Assembly: GCF_001194135.2 (NCBI RefSeq) | Contig: NC_069001.1 | Coordinates: 5,780,697 to 5,837,261, forward strand | Length of the DNA: 56,565 bases | Reading direction: 5' to 3' | Source: Octopus bimaculoides | Lineage: Eukaryota | Shown here: in pieces, positions 35,510-48,143 of the stretch | How the letters are laid out: the number at the start of each line of letters is the position of its first letter | How positions within the stretch are numbered: the first letter of the stretch is position 1 | The notes under the pieces: generated by a model | What the model saw: the letters and a program-made list of their open reading frames with translations, nothing else | What the model was told of the DNA's origin: nothing | Databases searched by the model: none | Translations under genes and position numbers: made by a program

Positions 35510-35690
35510 AAGATCTCTCCGTGTTTTTCCCTCTCTCCATTGTGTTCTTTCCTCATTCCTTTCTCTAGAAGAGCGTAGGCCCGAAACGTCAAAGACCCTT
35601 CCATTTTCCCTAAGCGTCAAACTAATACATCGTGTTTGTTGTTCTCTCGCCTATCTTCCGTTTTATCTTGTTGAATTTTTACAATTTTGA
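35510..35690 (+). mobile_element. Probable Penelope-like terminal segment with a decayed hammerhead motif
   Basis: Pyrimidine-rich run, then CTAGAAGAG-CGTAGG-CCCGAAACGTC (decayed CTGAAGAG..CTCGAAACGTC). Confidence 0.35.
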
Positions 35691-36352
35691 ACTACATTTA
35701 AAGAACAGTCGTTGTCAAGACAGCCAAGATCGTCCAGCAGATCGAGGACATAACACTATCCGCTATCAGTCATGTGGCGCAAGAAGACATCTGGTAGAAG
35801 TCTCAAGTAGAGCAAGTCTCGTGAGAACTAAGTAATCACGTGGCACTTTTACTACTCTGATTTGAAAGCACGAATGCTGTGTCTGTTAGGAATTTGATAA
35901 AATTTCATGAAAAAAGTTTTTGATCTTATTCGCACCAGGCACCAAACTCGTACTGAACCCACATCGACCGTCGTGCGGATTGACAAGGGACGCCTTCCGA
36001 TCTTATGTATTGGAAGCCGTTGCAAAAATATACTGTGTTCTTCCCCAGTGATGTACCACTAGTAATAAAACCTGCAACTTGTATGATATGTATGTATGTA
36101 TATANNNNNNNNNNNNNNNNNNNNNNNNNNNNNNNNNNNNNNNNNNNNNNNNNNNNNNNNNNNNNNNNNNNNNNNNNNNNNNNNNNNNNNNNNNNNNNNN
36201 NNNNNNNNNNNNNNNNNNNNNNNNNNNNNNNNNNNNNNNNNNNNNNNNNNNNNNNNNNNNNNNNNNNNNNNNNNNNNNNNNNNNNNNNNNNNNNNNNNNN
36301 NNNNNNNNNNNNNNNNNNNNNNNNNNNNNNNNNNNNNNNNNNNNNNNNNNNN

Positions 36353-36410
<58 letters not shown>

Positions 36411-36963
36411 GTGTACACAAACACAAACACGCACAAGCCCATTACAGCGAAAGGACAGACAATATTTGTTTTTTGTATTTACTGTTGCCATTGTTTTTGG
36501 CTTATTTTCATTTTTCTATTTTCTTATTCATATTATTTCGTTTGGCTTGCTTTCCTCACCTCCCTACCCACACTTCACACCTCACTTCCCCTTTTTCTAT
36601 CTCTATGTCTTTCAACCTCTCTTCAAACTTCTCTTCCTTTCTTCTTTCCTTTCTATTTATACGCTTTCTCTCTCTTTTTCTTTTTTTTTTTTTACTATCT
36701 CTCCATCCCTTTCCACTCTTCTCTCGTTCCCTTCTTCTATCAGACATATTCTTCTCCAATGTCTTGGACAAACGTCTGACAGAACCGTTACACATTACAT
36801 ATTCCCTTTCATAGCGCTGAGACCGTTTAAAGCTTTGCTGGTCGTCCAAAATGTCTGCTGTCCAACGTTGTGTAGTAAATAAAACATCAAAGGGAGACAA
36901 CAAAGCGGAAATAAAGTGTAAACCAAGCAAAAAAAGATAAAACGTAACGATCTAGAGTCTAGA

Positions 36964-36964
<1 letters not shown>

Positions 36965-37039
<75 letters not shown>

Positions 37040-37139
37040 TCATTTATGTATGTGCATACATGTGTGCATGAGTATATATATGTGTATATATATATAGATA
37101 TATATATACATATATGTATATACATATATACATATATAT

Positions 37140-37176
<37 letters not shown>

Positions 37177-37935
37177 CACATATATACACATGCACACACA
37201 CACACACATATACATATATATACATACATATTTATATATATATATATATATACTTACATGTATATGTATATTTCTCACTTTCATTCTTTCTTTCTCTTTC
37301 TCTCTATCTCTCTTCACATATATACACACATTATACACACCTATTTTCTGCTTATGTTGTGATATAATATACACATACATAAACAGCCGTTCATATATAA
37401 CCATGCCCGCTGATCGACAGACAAGCATACATATATAATACAGGCATACACACAGATATACATACATAAAAGCATACATAGACACACGTATGCATACATA
37501 CATATATGCATGCATACATACATACATGAATACACAAACGCACATATATACATACATATATGCATAGATACATACATGCATGCATACACACATACATACA
37601 TAGATAGATACATACATACACACATACATACAGACATACATGCATGCATACATACATAGATGCATACATAAATACACATACATACATACATACAAACATA
37701 CACACATACATAGATGCACACACGCATACATACATACATACATACATACATACATACATACATACATGCATATATATACACACATACATATATGCCTGCA
37801 GGAAAACACACACATACACGTGCATGCATGCATACACATGTATACATACACACATACATACAAACAGACTGACAGACATGCATGCATACACACAAACAAA
37901 TACATACATACATACACACACACACACATACACAC
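36965..37935. repeat. Compound (TG)/(TA)/(CATA)/(CA) microsatellite mosaic
   Basis: About 970 bp of largely alternating purine-pyrimidine sequence; source of many spurious ORFs. Confidence 0.95.
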
Positions 37936-38384
37936 ATGGAACCAGTCGAGATGTGGGAATGGTAGACGAATCACTTTAAGCATTCAGCGTCCTCGTGTTT
38001 TGCAATCGAACCGCTAACAAAGTCAACAGACATTTTGGTGTGATGCCAATGTAGAATTAAGACACAGACGTCTGCCGTTATAGTTATTGATGAGGGTTTC
38101 ACTGTTGTTGTTGTTGTTGTTGCTGTTGTTGTTGTTAATGATGTTTTCGTTGTTGCTGATAATGTTGATGGCGTTGCTGTAGCAGTTGACCTATTTTTAA
38201 CTCGTTAAACAGCGCCAAACTAGGGCGCTGTCTCGAAAGATATTTGATGGAATCAATCGACCCCGGTAGTTATTTTCATGTTTTTTTTGTTTTTTTTATT
38301 TCCTTTAAACCTGATACTTATTTGATCGGTTTCCTTTGCCGAACCGCTAGTTTACCGGAACGTAAACACATACACACGCACACA

Positions 38385-39190
38385 TATTCTTTTACTCTTT
38401 TATTCTTTCACTTGTTTCAGTCATTGGACTGTGGCCATGCTGAGGCACCACCCTAAAGGTTTTTAGTCAAACAAGTCGACTCCAGGACTTATTTTTTTAA
38501 AGCCTGGTACTTATTCTTTCGGTGTCTCTTTGCTGATCCGCGACTTACGGGGACCTAAACACATCAACACTGGTTGTCAAGTAGTGGTGGGGGACAACAA
38601 AGACATAAAAACACACACACATGGATATCTGCATACATATATATGTAAATATATATATATATTTGTTTCGACTACAATCCGTGCAACGTCTATATTCCTC
38701 CCTGGGCCTGTCAAACCATATGTCCTTGCCGTAAGGCTTTACTTCCACACACACCAGCTTAATTTAATTCGTCCTGTTGTTTGTATTTGTGTACCATTTC
38801 CCCGGTTTTTTTTTCGACCTTGTTTTCGTATACATTCGCTGCTTTCTTCCAAGGAAACTAGTATTCTTAGATTAGTTTTGCCTTGGGGCTGGCCAGATTG
38901 GAGCAATCTCGAGTATAACCAGCCGAAATTGCAAAGATAATCTCGAACTCGACTGAGGAAAGAAAACTCCTTGTTTTCTTTGTATCGTCCATCTGGGTGT
39001 TTTGTTGTCCCTTTTTTGTATCACCTAACTGTATATATGTACTCCGGGCTTCTTTCCGTTTCCGTCTACCATATCCACTCACGAAGCTTTGGTCGCCCCG
39101 AGTGTATAGTAGAAGACACTTGCCCAAGGTACCACGAAGTGGGACTGAACCCAGAACCATGTGGTTGGGAAGCAAGCTTCCTACCACACA
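38385..39190 (-). mobile_element. SINE family D split by a ~370-bp insert in its central microsatellite
   Basis: Tail half at 38385-38640 and head half at 39035-39190, same orientation and correct order; unrelated sequence at about 38660-39030. Confidence 0.6.
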
Positions 39191-39289
39191 GTGTGTGTGT
39201 GTGTGTGCGTGAGAAAGAAGGTCTGTCGCATTTCAAGATAAATGGGAAGGAAACAAATGCTTCGCTGATTTTAAATGATATATCTAATT

Positions 39290-39912
39290 AAGATATTTGC
39301 TCTCATTATTCATGACACAGTCTCATCTATTTGGCAAATTGTCGATCGCTCAGGCGTAAAATTCTTCAGATTTCGAAGCAAAGAAACACTAAATATCATT
39401 TTTAACCTCCTCCCAATTCATGAACTGATTTCCCTCTAAATAATGTTGCAATAAACGGAAGAGATGAAGGTCAGATGGAGCAAGGTCGAGGGAGTGATGA
39501 AGACGAAGCATAACAACTTCCATATTTAGTGTCATAATCTTTTCCTGTGTGACTTGGTCAATATGTGGGTGAGCAGCATCTCTTTACGACTGACCATTGA
39601 CAAAGAGCAACATCTCTTTACGACTGACCAATGACGGGTTCTTTTCCAGCAAATTTTTGTGCAATATTTCCAGTTGACGACAATATGTCCCTGCATTAAA
39701 TGTTTCATTTTGATTTAATACTTTACGATAGAAAGACGTAGCCCTTCATCTCGCACCAAACACAGAACATAACATTTTTCGGATGTAGTCCTATTTGGGG
39801 AACTCTCCTCTTTCATTTGATGCTAACCATTGTTGTTTTCGTTGGATATGAGAATAGAGAATCCACTTTTCCTCACTTGTGATGATTCTACTCAAGTAAG
39901 GCTCAGAAGTGA
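39290..39912 (-). pseudogene. mariner transposase relic (C-terminal half)
   Basis: Minus translation SEPYLSRIITSEEKWILYSHIQRKQQWL; GLHPKNVMFCVW; NETFNAGTYCRQLEIL..LLEKNPSLVSRK; PHIDQVTQEKI; SLDLAPSDLHLFRLLQHYLEG; FFASKSEEFY..IDNLPNR*; stops and frameshifts. Confidence 0.88.
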
Positions 39913-40125
39913 GTTTTGTTGGAACTCCTGGAGTCTTGCATGCATAGCGGACTTGCTGCCTGAAGTCAACGGTTCCATGCTATTCGTTCTTTTCAGCTTA
40001 TACCTTCCTGATTATTCTGGACGTGCCAAGGAGGCAAACCTTTTGTAACAGTTCTGCAGGGCACCCTATTCCGATTTCCATTATTTTCTTCTGGATCCCT
40101 TGTGATACTGTCTCCAAAGACCATC
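39913..40125 (-). mobile_element. Dong-type LINE 3' end (family shared with 51178-51328)
   Basis: Minus translation SLETVSQGIQKKIMEIGIGCPAELLQKVCLLGTSRIIRKV*; 3'UTR segment GTTTTGTTGGAACTCCTGGAGTCTTGCATGC is identical at 51183. Confidence 0.8.
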
Positions 40126-40149
40126 ATTATTTTTATCATTATTATTTTT

Positions 40150-40250
40150 CATTTACACACAACAGATTAGACTGCTGGAAAAGAAAAATTCCAAACACAC
40201 GGGCTACAACAAGTAACCTTAGATGCCAAGAACCCTCCCAAGTATCCTTA
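40150..40250 (-). mobile_element. Very short Dong-type LINE 3' end (second family) between AAT-rich tracts
   Basis: Minus translation RILGRVLGI*, then 3'UTR GGTTACTTGTTGTAGCCCG; AAT/GAT repeats on both sides. Confidence 0.5.
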
Positions 40251-40309
40251 TTATTATCATTATTATTATTATCATTATTATTATTATTGCTTCTTAAATA
40301 GGCACAAGG

Positions 40310-40500
40310 CATTCATGTCATTTGGTATGGTTACATCAATGATCTGACAGTATTTGTCTTTCTTATTCAATATGACCATATCCGGCCGACGGTATTCGAT
40401 TACGCAATCCGTTTGAAAGTCATAGTCCCATCCTTCTGCATAACTTTACTTGGTACATACTCATACCAGTTCTCTGTTACTTCGTATTAGTATTTATGGC
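40310..40500 (-). mobile_element. R4/Dong restriction-like endonuclease fragment
   Basis: Minus translation ENWYEYVPSKVM...FQTDCVIEYRRPDMVILNKKDKYCQIIDVTIPND (PD..D motif). Confidence 0.8.
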
Positions 40501-40516
40501 ATAAGAGCCAATGAAG

Positions 40517-40552
<36 letters not shown>

Positions 40553-40569
40553 TATCATGGTGATATTAA

Positions 40570-40617
<48 letters not shown>

Positions 40618-40815
40618 CATCATTATTGTTGTGGTTGTTATTCATTTTGATCATCATGTACAAGAACGTGTATAGTCATCATTATAATGTTAATTTTATT
40701 CAATTTTAGAAAAGTTGAAGCATGTCTTTGACAATTCCGGAGTGTACTGAACTTATTTTGTGTGTAACTTTTAGCCCACCCTGTGTGTGCATTAAGACAT
40801 ACAAACACACACGCC

Positions 40816-40860
<45 letters not shown>

Positions 40861-41096
40861 ATATAATGATTTCTAACGCTGATGGAAGACTACGCATTTC
40901 CAGGAAAGGCAGAATCGATTGGATCGAAGCCAATACTTGACCGTTACTTTATATTATTGACCTGGAGCAATGAAAGACAGATTACATAACTAAATACTAA
41001 ATACTATAAGGCATTTTGTTCGACACTCCTCGTTTTCCATTATCTTCCACTTTCACATATAATGAATATGCATGCCTCCGTCTCCACGTGTGTGTG

Positions 41097-42084
41097 NNNN
41101 NNNNNNNNNNNNNNNNNNNNNNNNNNNNNNNNNNNNNNNNNNNNNNNNNNNNNNNNNNNNNNNNNNNNNNNNNNNNNNNNNNNNNNNNNNNNNNNNNNNN
41201 NNNNNNNNNNNNNNNNNNNNNNNNNNNNNNNNNNNNNNNNNNNNNNNNNNNNNNNNNNNNNNNNNNNNNNNNNNNNNNNNNNNNNNNNNNNNNNNNNNNN
41301 NNNNNNNNNNNNNNNNNNNNNNNNNNNNNNNNNNNNNNNNNNNNNNNNNNNNNNNNNNNNNNNNNNNNNNNNNNNNNNNNNNNNNNNNNNNNNNNNNNNN
41401 NNNNNNNNNNNNNNNNNNNNNNNNNNNNNNNNNNNNNNNNNNNNNNNNNNNNNNNNNNNNNNNNNNNNNNNNNNNNNNNNNNNNNNNNNNNNNNNNNNNN
41501 NNNNNNNNNNNNNNNNNNNNNNNNNNNNNNNNNNNNNNNNNNNNNNNNNNNNNNNNNNNNNNNNNNNNNNNNNNNNNNNNNNNNNNNNNNNNNNNNNNNN
41601 NNNNNNNNNNNNNNNNNNNNNNNNNNNNNNNNNNNNNNNNNNNNNNNNNNNNNNNNNNNNNNNNNNNNNNNNNNNNNNNNNNNNNNNNNNNNNNNNNNNN
41701 NNNNNNNNNNNNNNNNNNNNNNNNNNNNNNNNNNNNNNNNNNNNNNNNNNNNNNNNNNNNNNNNNNNNNNNNNNNNNNNNNNNNNNNNNNNNNNNNNNNN
41801 NNNNNNNNNNNNNNNNNNNNNNNNNNNNNNNNNNNNNNNNNNNNNNNNNNNNNNNNNNNNNNNNNNNNNNNNNNNNNNNNNNNNNNNNNNNNNNNNNNNN
41901 NNNNNNNNNNNNNNNNNNNNNNNNNNNNNNNNNNNNNNNNNNNNNNNNNNNNNNNNNNNNNNNNNNNNNNNNNNNNNNNNNNNNNNNNNNNNNNNNNNNN
42001 NNNNNNNNNNNNNNNNNNNNNNNNNNNNNNNNNNNNNNNNNNNNNNNNNNNNNNNNNNNNNNNNNNNNNNNNNNNNNNNNNNNN
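41097..42084. other. Assembly gap (largest of about 11)
   Basis: N run. Other gaps at about 3849-4036, 6400-6423, 10506-10574, 29084-29772, 30915-31168, 33656-33665, 34099-34428, 36104-36352, 45653-46139 and 46930-47140. Confidence 0.99.
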
Positions 42085-42116
42085 TATATATATATATATA
42101 TATATATACACATACA

Positions 42117-42184
<68 letters not shown>

Positions 42185-42210
42185 CATACATACATACATA
42201 CATACATACA

Positions 42211-42242
<32 letters not shown>

Positions 42243-42559
42243 ATCGGAGATCAGATATTCTACAGATGGAATGAGAAATTCTTAGTCTCCATTTCCCGCT
42301 ACAGACAGCATAAACGCCAGTTTCGTCTTATATATAGCTTCGACATAATCGCCGCGAATTCTCAACAAGTATGTTATCTTAAAGGGAAGAATCTTTTTTT
42401 TTTTTTTCAGAAATATTATGTATCAATAATCTATATAATGCTTTTAATTAATCCACGTAATCCATATAACGTTTATCTCTAATACTTGTATCTGTCATTC
42501 GGAAATCTATGTCTCTTTTTCACATAATACATATCTCTAAGCCTTATCATGCATTTGTA

Positions 42560-42852
42560 ATCCAGAAAGTTCCCCTCCGAGGCACAAGTCCAAGCAAGGT
42601 TGTTTATGGATGACTAACAATCGTATGTCAACCTCCCCTTCTTCCAACCACGGATATTATCCAAGGGAAAGGCAAAGGGACGATACAGCTTGGCACCTGT
42701 GACGCAGGGTTACTCATTTTTACCAGTTGAGTGGACTGGTGCAGCATAAAATTAAGGGTTTTGCTCAAAAACACAGCACATTGTCCGGTCCAGGAATCTA
42801 TGCCACAATCTTACAATTATCTTACACTCTAACCGCTACACCATGCGCCTCA
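42560..42852 (-). mobile_element. CORE-type SINE (family C, second tail type)
   Basis: AAAGTTCCCCTCCGAGGCACAAG...GATACAGCTTGGCACC...TTGAGTGGACTGG...TTTTGCTCAAAAACAC...CCATGCGCCTC. Confidence 0.8.
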
Positions 42853-43149
42853 ATCCACTATGTATGTATGGATGAATGTATAATTAGCATGCTGTATTCC
42901 TAATCCGTATAACTAGTATTTGCAATCCATGTAATGTGCATTGCGTATCCATATAAAGTATGTCTACACTCCAGGGAGAAACAAATGTTTGTGTAAATAT
43001 GATGTATTGCAGTATCGAAAGTATTCTTTCAATTTGAATGGAGCATTTTGCTCAGAATACTTGCAATATTCCCACCCCCCATACATTTTTATAGCATTTT
43101 AAGGATAAAAACAGGTTTTAGAATGTTGGATATGAAGTTTTATGAAGAG

Positions 43150-44040
43150 AAATGAAACTGAAAATTTCCAGTTTTTAATCTTTTGTTGTTAAGGAACAAT
43201 ACCTCAGGCATGATAAAAGAGATTAAAATTGTACGTAAAGATTTCGGATGATAGAGTTGTGTTGAATTGTTCTGGATAATATAGTGTTCTAAAAAACAAT
43301 CTTTAAAATGTCGAGAAATGTATTTTTAGATTTCTCATAAATGGAAATGTTTAAATCAAATTTTGTGCGTAAATATCTCTAATTATAACTTGGGTAGCTG
43401 GACTAAGTCATGTTTCTTTTATGTTAGATATACCTTCAAAGAAAAACAAACTACATGCTGGTGTGGTTAATAAATCTAAAATTATGATTCTTTATGAAGT
43501 AGACACAAAATATTCTGAAATATGGAAAATACTACAGAAGAATATCTCTGTCTAAAATAAAGAGGATAAGCCTACGCTTTCAGAAAATAGGTTCCTCTGC
43601 AAGAATTACAGAATCCGGTAGTCCTAGAAGTACTGTTAGTACTGCTGAAAACTAGATCGTTTTCAGAGGGAAGATGGCTAGAAGATGAATTTTGTACTGG
43701 GAAGATATGTTATCCAAGAAAAATATTTATCTTTGATTGCAATTTTGAACCATTTCTTGCGAGAAAAATCAGAAAGGTTACTTCCAACAAGGCATTACTC
43801 TTTCCAATGTCACAAAAACATCAAAAATAGTCAGAGAAAAATTCATCTGAAAGAGTCCAGATTTTAATCCCATAAAGAATATTTGGACGGATATGGGAAC
43901 GTAGATGCTGGAAGAAAATTTTCAATCTTTGGTCACTTCTAGCATGTTGGGAAAATGAATAGGACAATATTGATAATCATTGGTGCAAAAAAACTTATAG
44001 TTTGTCCCGAACACTGAGTAATTAAAAGAATGTAAGACGA
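43150..44040 (+). pseudogene. Heavily decayed piggyBac-type transposase relic
   Basis: Colinear weak motifs: SFMLDIPSK...KIMILYEVDTKY (FRMYIPSKP..YGIKI.MLCD..TKY-like); RSTVSTAEN* (RNVT.DNW-like); LVTSSM; DNIDNHWCKKTYSLSR (DxxDQxCxxYSxSR-like). Confidence 0.45.
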
Positions 44041-45404
44041 CACGTGATTTCAAATTAGTTTACAGATTTATAGAGGTATCTGTGCATGTTCCTGTTTTTA
44101 AGGATTTTGACACGTAATGAAATAGTTATTAATGAGAATTGTTTCAAAATTGGTTAAACCCATTATATATAACCGTGTAAGGGATATAATCCATGTAATC
44201 AAAATTAGTAATCTATATAATAGCTACTTGTAATCCGTTCAATGAATAGATAGTTAAAGTACATTGCGACTTTAAGCCAAACTTTATGGAAGAAAAATGA
44301 CTAATTAGCTCTATACATTTTGTGTATGTACTGCACATAAGACACAGCAGTAATGAGTTTGATTAAGACCACTTTGGGGGAGAAAAACAACATATAACAT
44401 GCCAGATCTTTGTCAGCCCCAATTAAAAGTTTCCTGCCATAGACGCTGTGTAGTTCTCTTTCTCACTCCTTCAATACTTCTTTCTTTCTGTACTTGTGAT
44501 GAAGGACTAATATCCGAAGCGTTGAGACACTATTTTTTTTCCATTGTTGTTATCAGATTTGTTTTCTTGATTGACTGTTTTAGCATCAGCTTTGAGAAAG
44601 ATTGCCAACGATGGCCAGCACAGGTATTATAAAATTTCTGATGCTAGAACATCAGTGTCCGCTCTAGTTCAGTCCCTAATGGAATATCACCATCCATTGT
44701 ACTACATCAGAAGCTGATAATGGCAGGAAACTCTGTGTTTACATTGGCTCAGGAATCTCAGGCAGTGTGAGTGAGATAAAATACAATATCCACTTTAGTA
44801 TCTCCATTATTGTTGATGCTAGGACCTGTATCCAACGTAACATCTCAAAGCTTATTGATACCAGAATTTTAGGTGTCCACTGGTTGTCCAAATTATTTAT
44901 ATCAATAACTACAAACATAATTCTAGTTTAGAAATTTTTCACTTTTATTAATCATTTAGACTTTGAATACACAGCACATCTCTATTCAGCACGTTGTATG
45001 CTGTACCAGCTTAGGATTACAGAAAAAAAACACTAAATTAGTTATACGACGAATAAAATATAAACATTTTCACCCAATCAGTTACTTAGCAACAGAATTT
45101 CTATTAGGTTCTGGTAGCTCTAATAGTTAGTATTATGACTTGACTAGTAAGTTATTGGTACCTATAATGGTAGTAAAAATACTGCCAAGAACTTAAAACA
45201 TTTCTAGATACAATTCTCTTTTATTTACTATTGTATATTCTTTCATTAATCTTTTGATTTTTGGCAATAAAAACGGAGTTGATAGCGATATGACTGACCC
45301 CATTACATTACTGGTATATCACTTCTGTTATTTATTTAACATGTGATGTAGCAATTCTGTTTCTTTAAGGGGAAAGGTGTAAAGGGAGGATATAAAGAAT
45401 ATTG

Positions 45405-45560
45405 GTTTCAAATTTTGGATCAAAGCCAGCAATTTGGGGAAAGGGAATAAATCGATGATAAATCGATCTCATTGTCCAAGTGGTACTTGGTTTTCATCTA
45501 CCACGAAAGGATCAAAGGCAAAATCGACCTCGGCGGAATTTGAACTCAGAACATAACGGC
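45405..45560 (-). mobile_element. SINE family A, 5'-truncated
   Basis: AAAGGATCAAAGGCAAAATCGACCTCGGCGGAATTTGAACTCAGAAC. Confidence 0.8.
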
Positions 45561-47149
45561 TGCTTTAAATTGAAAGATGAATTTTTTGTTGAATTTTTTA
45601 AACAGAAACTACGTGGAAGCCCCTCATCTATATATTTATCTATTTATCTATANNNNNNNNNNNNNNNNNNNNNNNNNNNNNNNNNNNNNNNNNNNNNNNN
45701 NNNNNNNNNNNNNNNNNNNNNNNNNNNNNNNNNNNNNNNNNNNNNNNNNNNNNNNNNNNNNNNNNNNNNNNNNNNNNNNNNNNNNNNNNNNNNNNNNNNN
45801 NNNNNNNNNNNNNNNNNNNNNNNNNNNNNNNNNNNNNNNNNNNNNNNNNNNNNNNNNNNNNNNNNNNNNNNNNNNNNNNNNNNNNNNNNNNNNNNNNNNN
45901 NNNNNNNNNNNNNNNNNNNNNNNNNNNNNNNNNNNNNNNNNNNNNNNNNNNNNNNNNNNNNNNNNNNNNNNNNNNNNNNNNNNNNNNNNNNNNNNNNNNN
46001 NNNNNNNNNNNNNNNNNNNNNNNNNNNNNNNNNNNNNNNNNNNNNNNNNNNNNNNNNNNNNNNNNNNNNNNNNNNNNNNNNNNNNNNNNNNNNNNNNNNN
46101 NNNNNNNNNNNNNNNNNNNNNNNNNNNNNNNNNNNNNNNCAAAAAAAAAAAAAAAAACGAAAAGGCGACAACAGCAACACACCGTGAACAGCTATCATCA
46201 AGAAACTCATGACAGCGACTACTATCTTACACAGTCTAACGGTAATTAGCTTCGAACTAGATGTTTGCCGTTGGTAGTAATGACAACGTTTATTTTGTTA
46301 ACGATAAAAATATATAATTTTTTAAATTAAAACTCTCAGATTTTATAGTCATTATCTTAACACACATACACACACACACACACACACACAAACATAGGTA
46401 TAGGTACATTGTGTCTTGTGTGTGTGTGTGTTGGAAAAGATTTTGAAGAGAGTTTGTAGGAATTATTGACCAATTTTTTAACAATGGCAATTTGAGATGA
46501 CCCGAGATGTAGAAAGTTCAACGTAACAAAGTGTAAACTTAAAATGTGAAGGAGGGAAAGACCATAGAAAATAGTTAACATTGTTGCCAACGTCTTAATT
46601 GAAATTCCTAATCTCAATCGATGAATTACAATAATAACGCCCTCCGTGTTTAAGAACATTATTCGGTACAGACAGTAGGTATTTGGTCACAAAAGCAGAT
46701 TTGCAACAACAGAGTTACGGGTTCGTTCCCAATAAGTTGTACTTTGAGTGAGTGTTCTTTTCACTATAAATTTCATTGATCGATTTTTTTTTTCTTTAGT
46801 TGAATTTTTTAATTTGATAAATGAAAATTATGTGAATTTTTGCCAGATAGATAGAGGAGATAGATATACAGACAGATAGAGACAGAGAGGGGTGTATGTA
46901 TAGATATGTTTATATACATTATATATATANNNNNNNNNNNNNNNNNNNNNNNNNNNNNNNNNNNNNNNNNNNNNNNNNNNNNNNNNNNNNNNNNNNNNNN
47001 NNNNNNNNNNNNNNNNNNNNNNNNNNNNNNNNNNNNNNNNNNNNNNNNNNNNNNNNNNNNNNNNNNNNNNNNNNNNNNNNNNNNNNNNNNNNNNNNNNNN
47101 NNNNNNNNNNNNNNNNNNNNNNNNNNNNNNNNNNNNNNNNTCGGAAATT

Positions 47150-47967
47150 CGTACATTTTTGAAATATGAGTTGTTTCTTGGAAATACTGCATCACAGACA
47201 GGCCGCCGTCGAGTCATATCCATCTCAAGGTGTCCGTGAATTATCGTTGTTGTATGGTGTTAGCAGTCAAACAATATTGACTCACCTAGTTCAAATCGGT
47301 AAAGTGAAAAAGTTGGATAGGTGGGTTCCACATGAACTCAATGAAAATCAGAAACAGCAACATTTGGAAGCCTGTATTATGCTACTTTCTCGTCACAAAA
47401 ATGAATAATTTTTTAATCGAATTGTAACATGTTATGAGAAATGGATCCAATACAACAACCGTAAACGTTCAGCACAATGGTTGGACAAAGACGAGTCGCC
47501 AAAACAGTCCAAAACGCAAATTTCATCAAAAGAAGCTGATAGTGTGTGTTTGGTGGTCTGACGCAGGTGAGATCCATTATGATTTCATTAAACCTGGCTC
47601 GTCGATCACGGTCGAAGTATACTGCTGCCAACTGGACCAAATGACGCAGAAACTTACAACCTATCCACTCCTGTTTTATTGCAAGACAGCGCCAGAAATG
47701 ACATTGGTGAAACTAAAGCAGTTGGAGTTGGAAGTCCTCCATCATCCACCACACTCAACTGATCTTGACCCCACTGAATACCACCGCTTTCAGAATTTGG
47801 ATAACATTTTGATAGGAAAAAAATTTACTTCCGACGATGCTGTAAAACAGGCCTTCCAAGATTTTTTTGACTCTAGACTACCAAGCTTTTACAGTTCCGG
47901 GTTGGACAAGCCACTGCTGAAATGGCAAAAGGGTATTGACAATATGTGTGCATACTTTGATGAATAA
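47150..47967 (+). pseudogene. mariner transposase pseudogene
   Basis: WVPHEL (47322-47339), in-frame stop at 47406, RIVTCYEKW, frameshift near 47505, KLIVCVWWS, HPPHSTDLDPTEYH. The three catalytic Asp positions appear altered (TCY; no HDNA motif; PTEY). Confidence 0.92.
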
Positions 47968-48143
47968 AACTATTCCTTGTATTTATAAAACATTAGCAAA
48001 CGTTTTTTCTTTTCTACGAATTCGTAGAAACACACCAACATCGGTTGTCGAGCGATGGTAGAAGGACAAATACAGACACACACAAATATGTATATATATT
48101 TATATACATACATATATACAATATAAAATACAAAAGAAATTAC

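Noticed and set aside
35700-36060. Possible RTE 3' end (KIVQQIEDITLSAISHVAQEDIW) and FLYWCH-like peptide (GKNTVYFCNGFQYIR)
   Set aside because: Short, low-identity resemblances that need a profile search.
36952-37983. 343-aa Cys/Val/Tyr/Met-rich ORF and similar HT/YI/CV ORFs elsewhere
   Set aside because: Translation of compound microsatellites, which lack stop codons.
42305-42368. Plus-strand candidate exon [21 protein letters not shown] with GTATGT donor
   Set aside because: The FN3-like resemblance is too short to support, and there are no partner exons.
44560-44900. Possible exon or retroelement fragment in high-complexity sequence
   Set aside because: No frame gave a recognisable motif; left unassigned.
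28867-47223. Long ORFs in the track (e.g. 313-488 aa at 28.9-29.9 kb and 41.0-42.5 kb)
   Set aside because: Mostly X from N-gaps plus microsatellite dipeptides.
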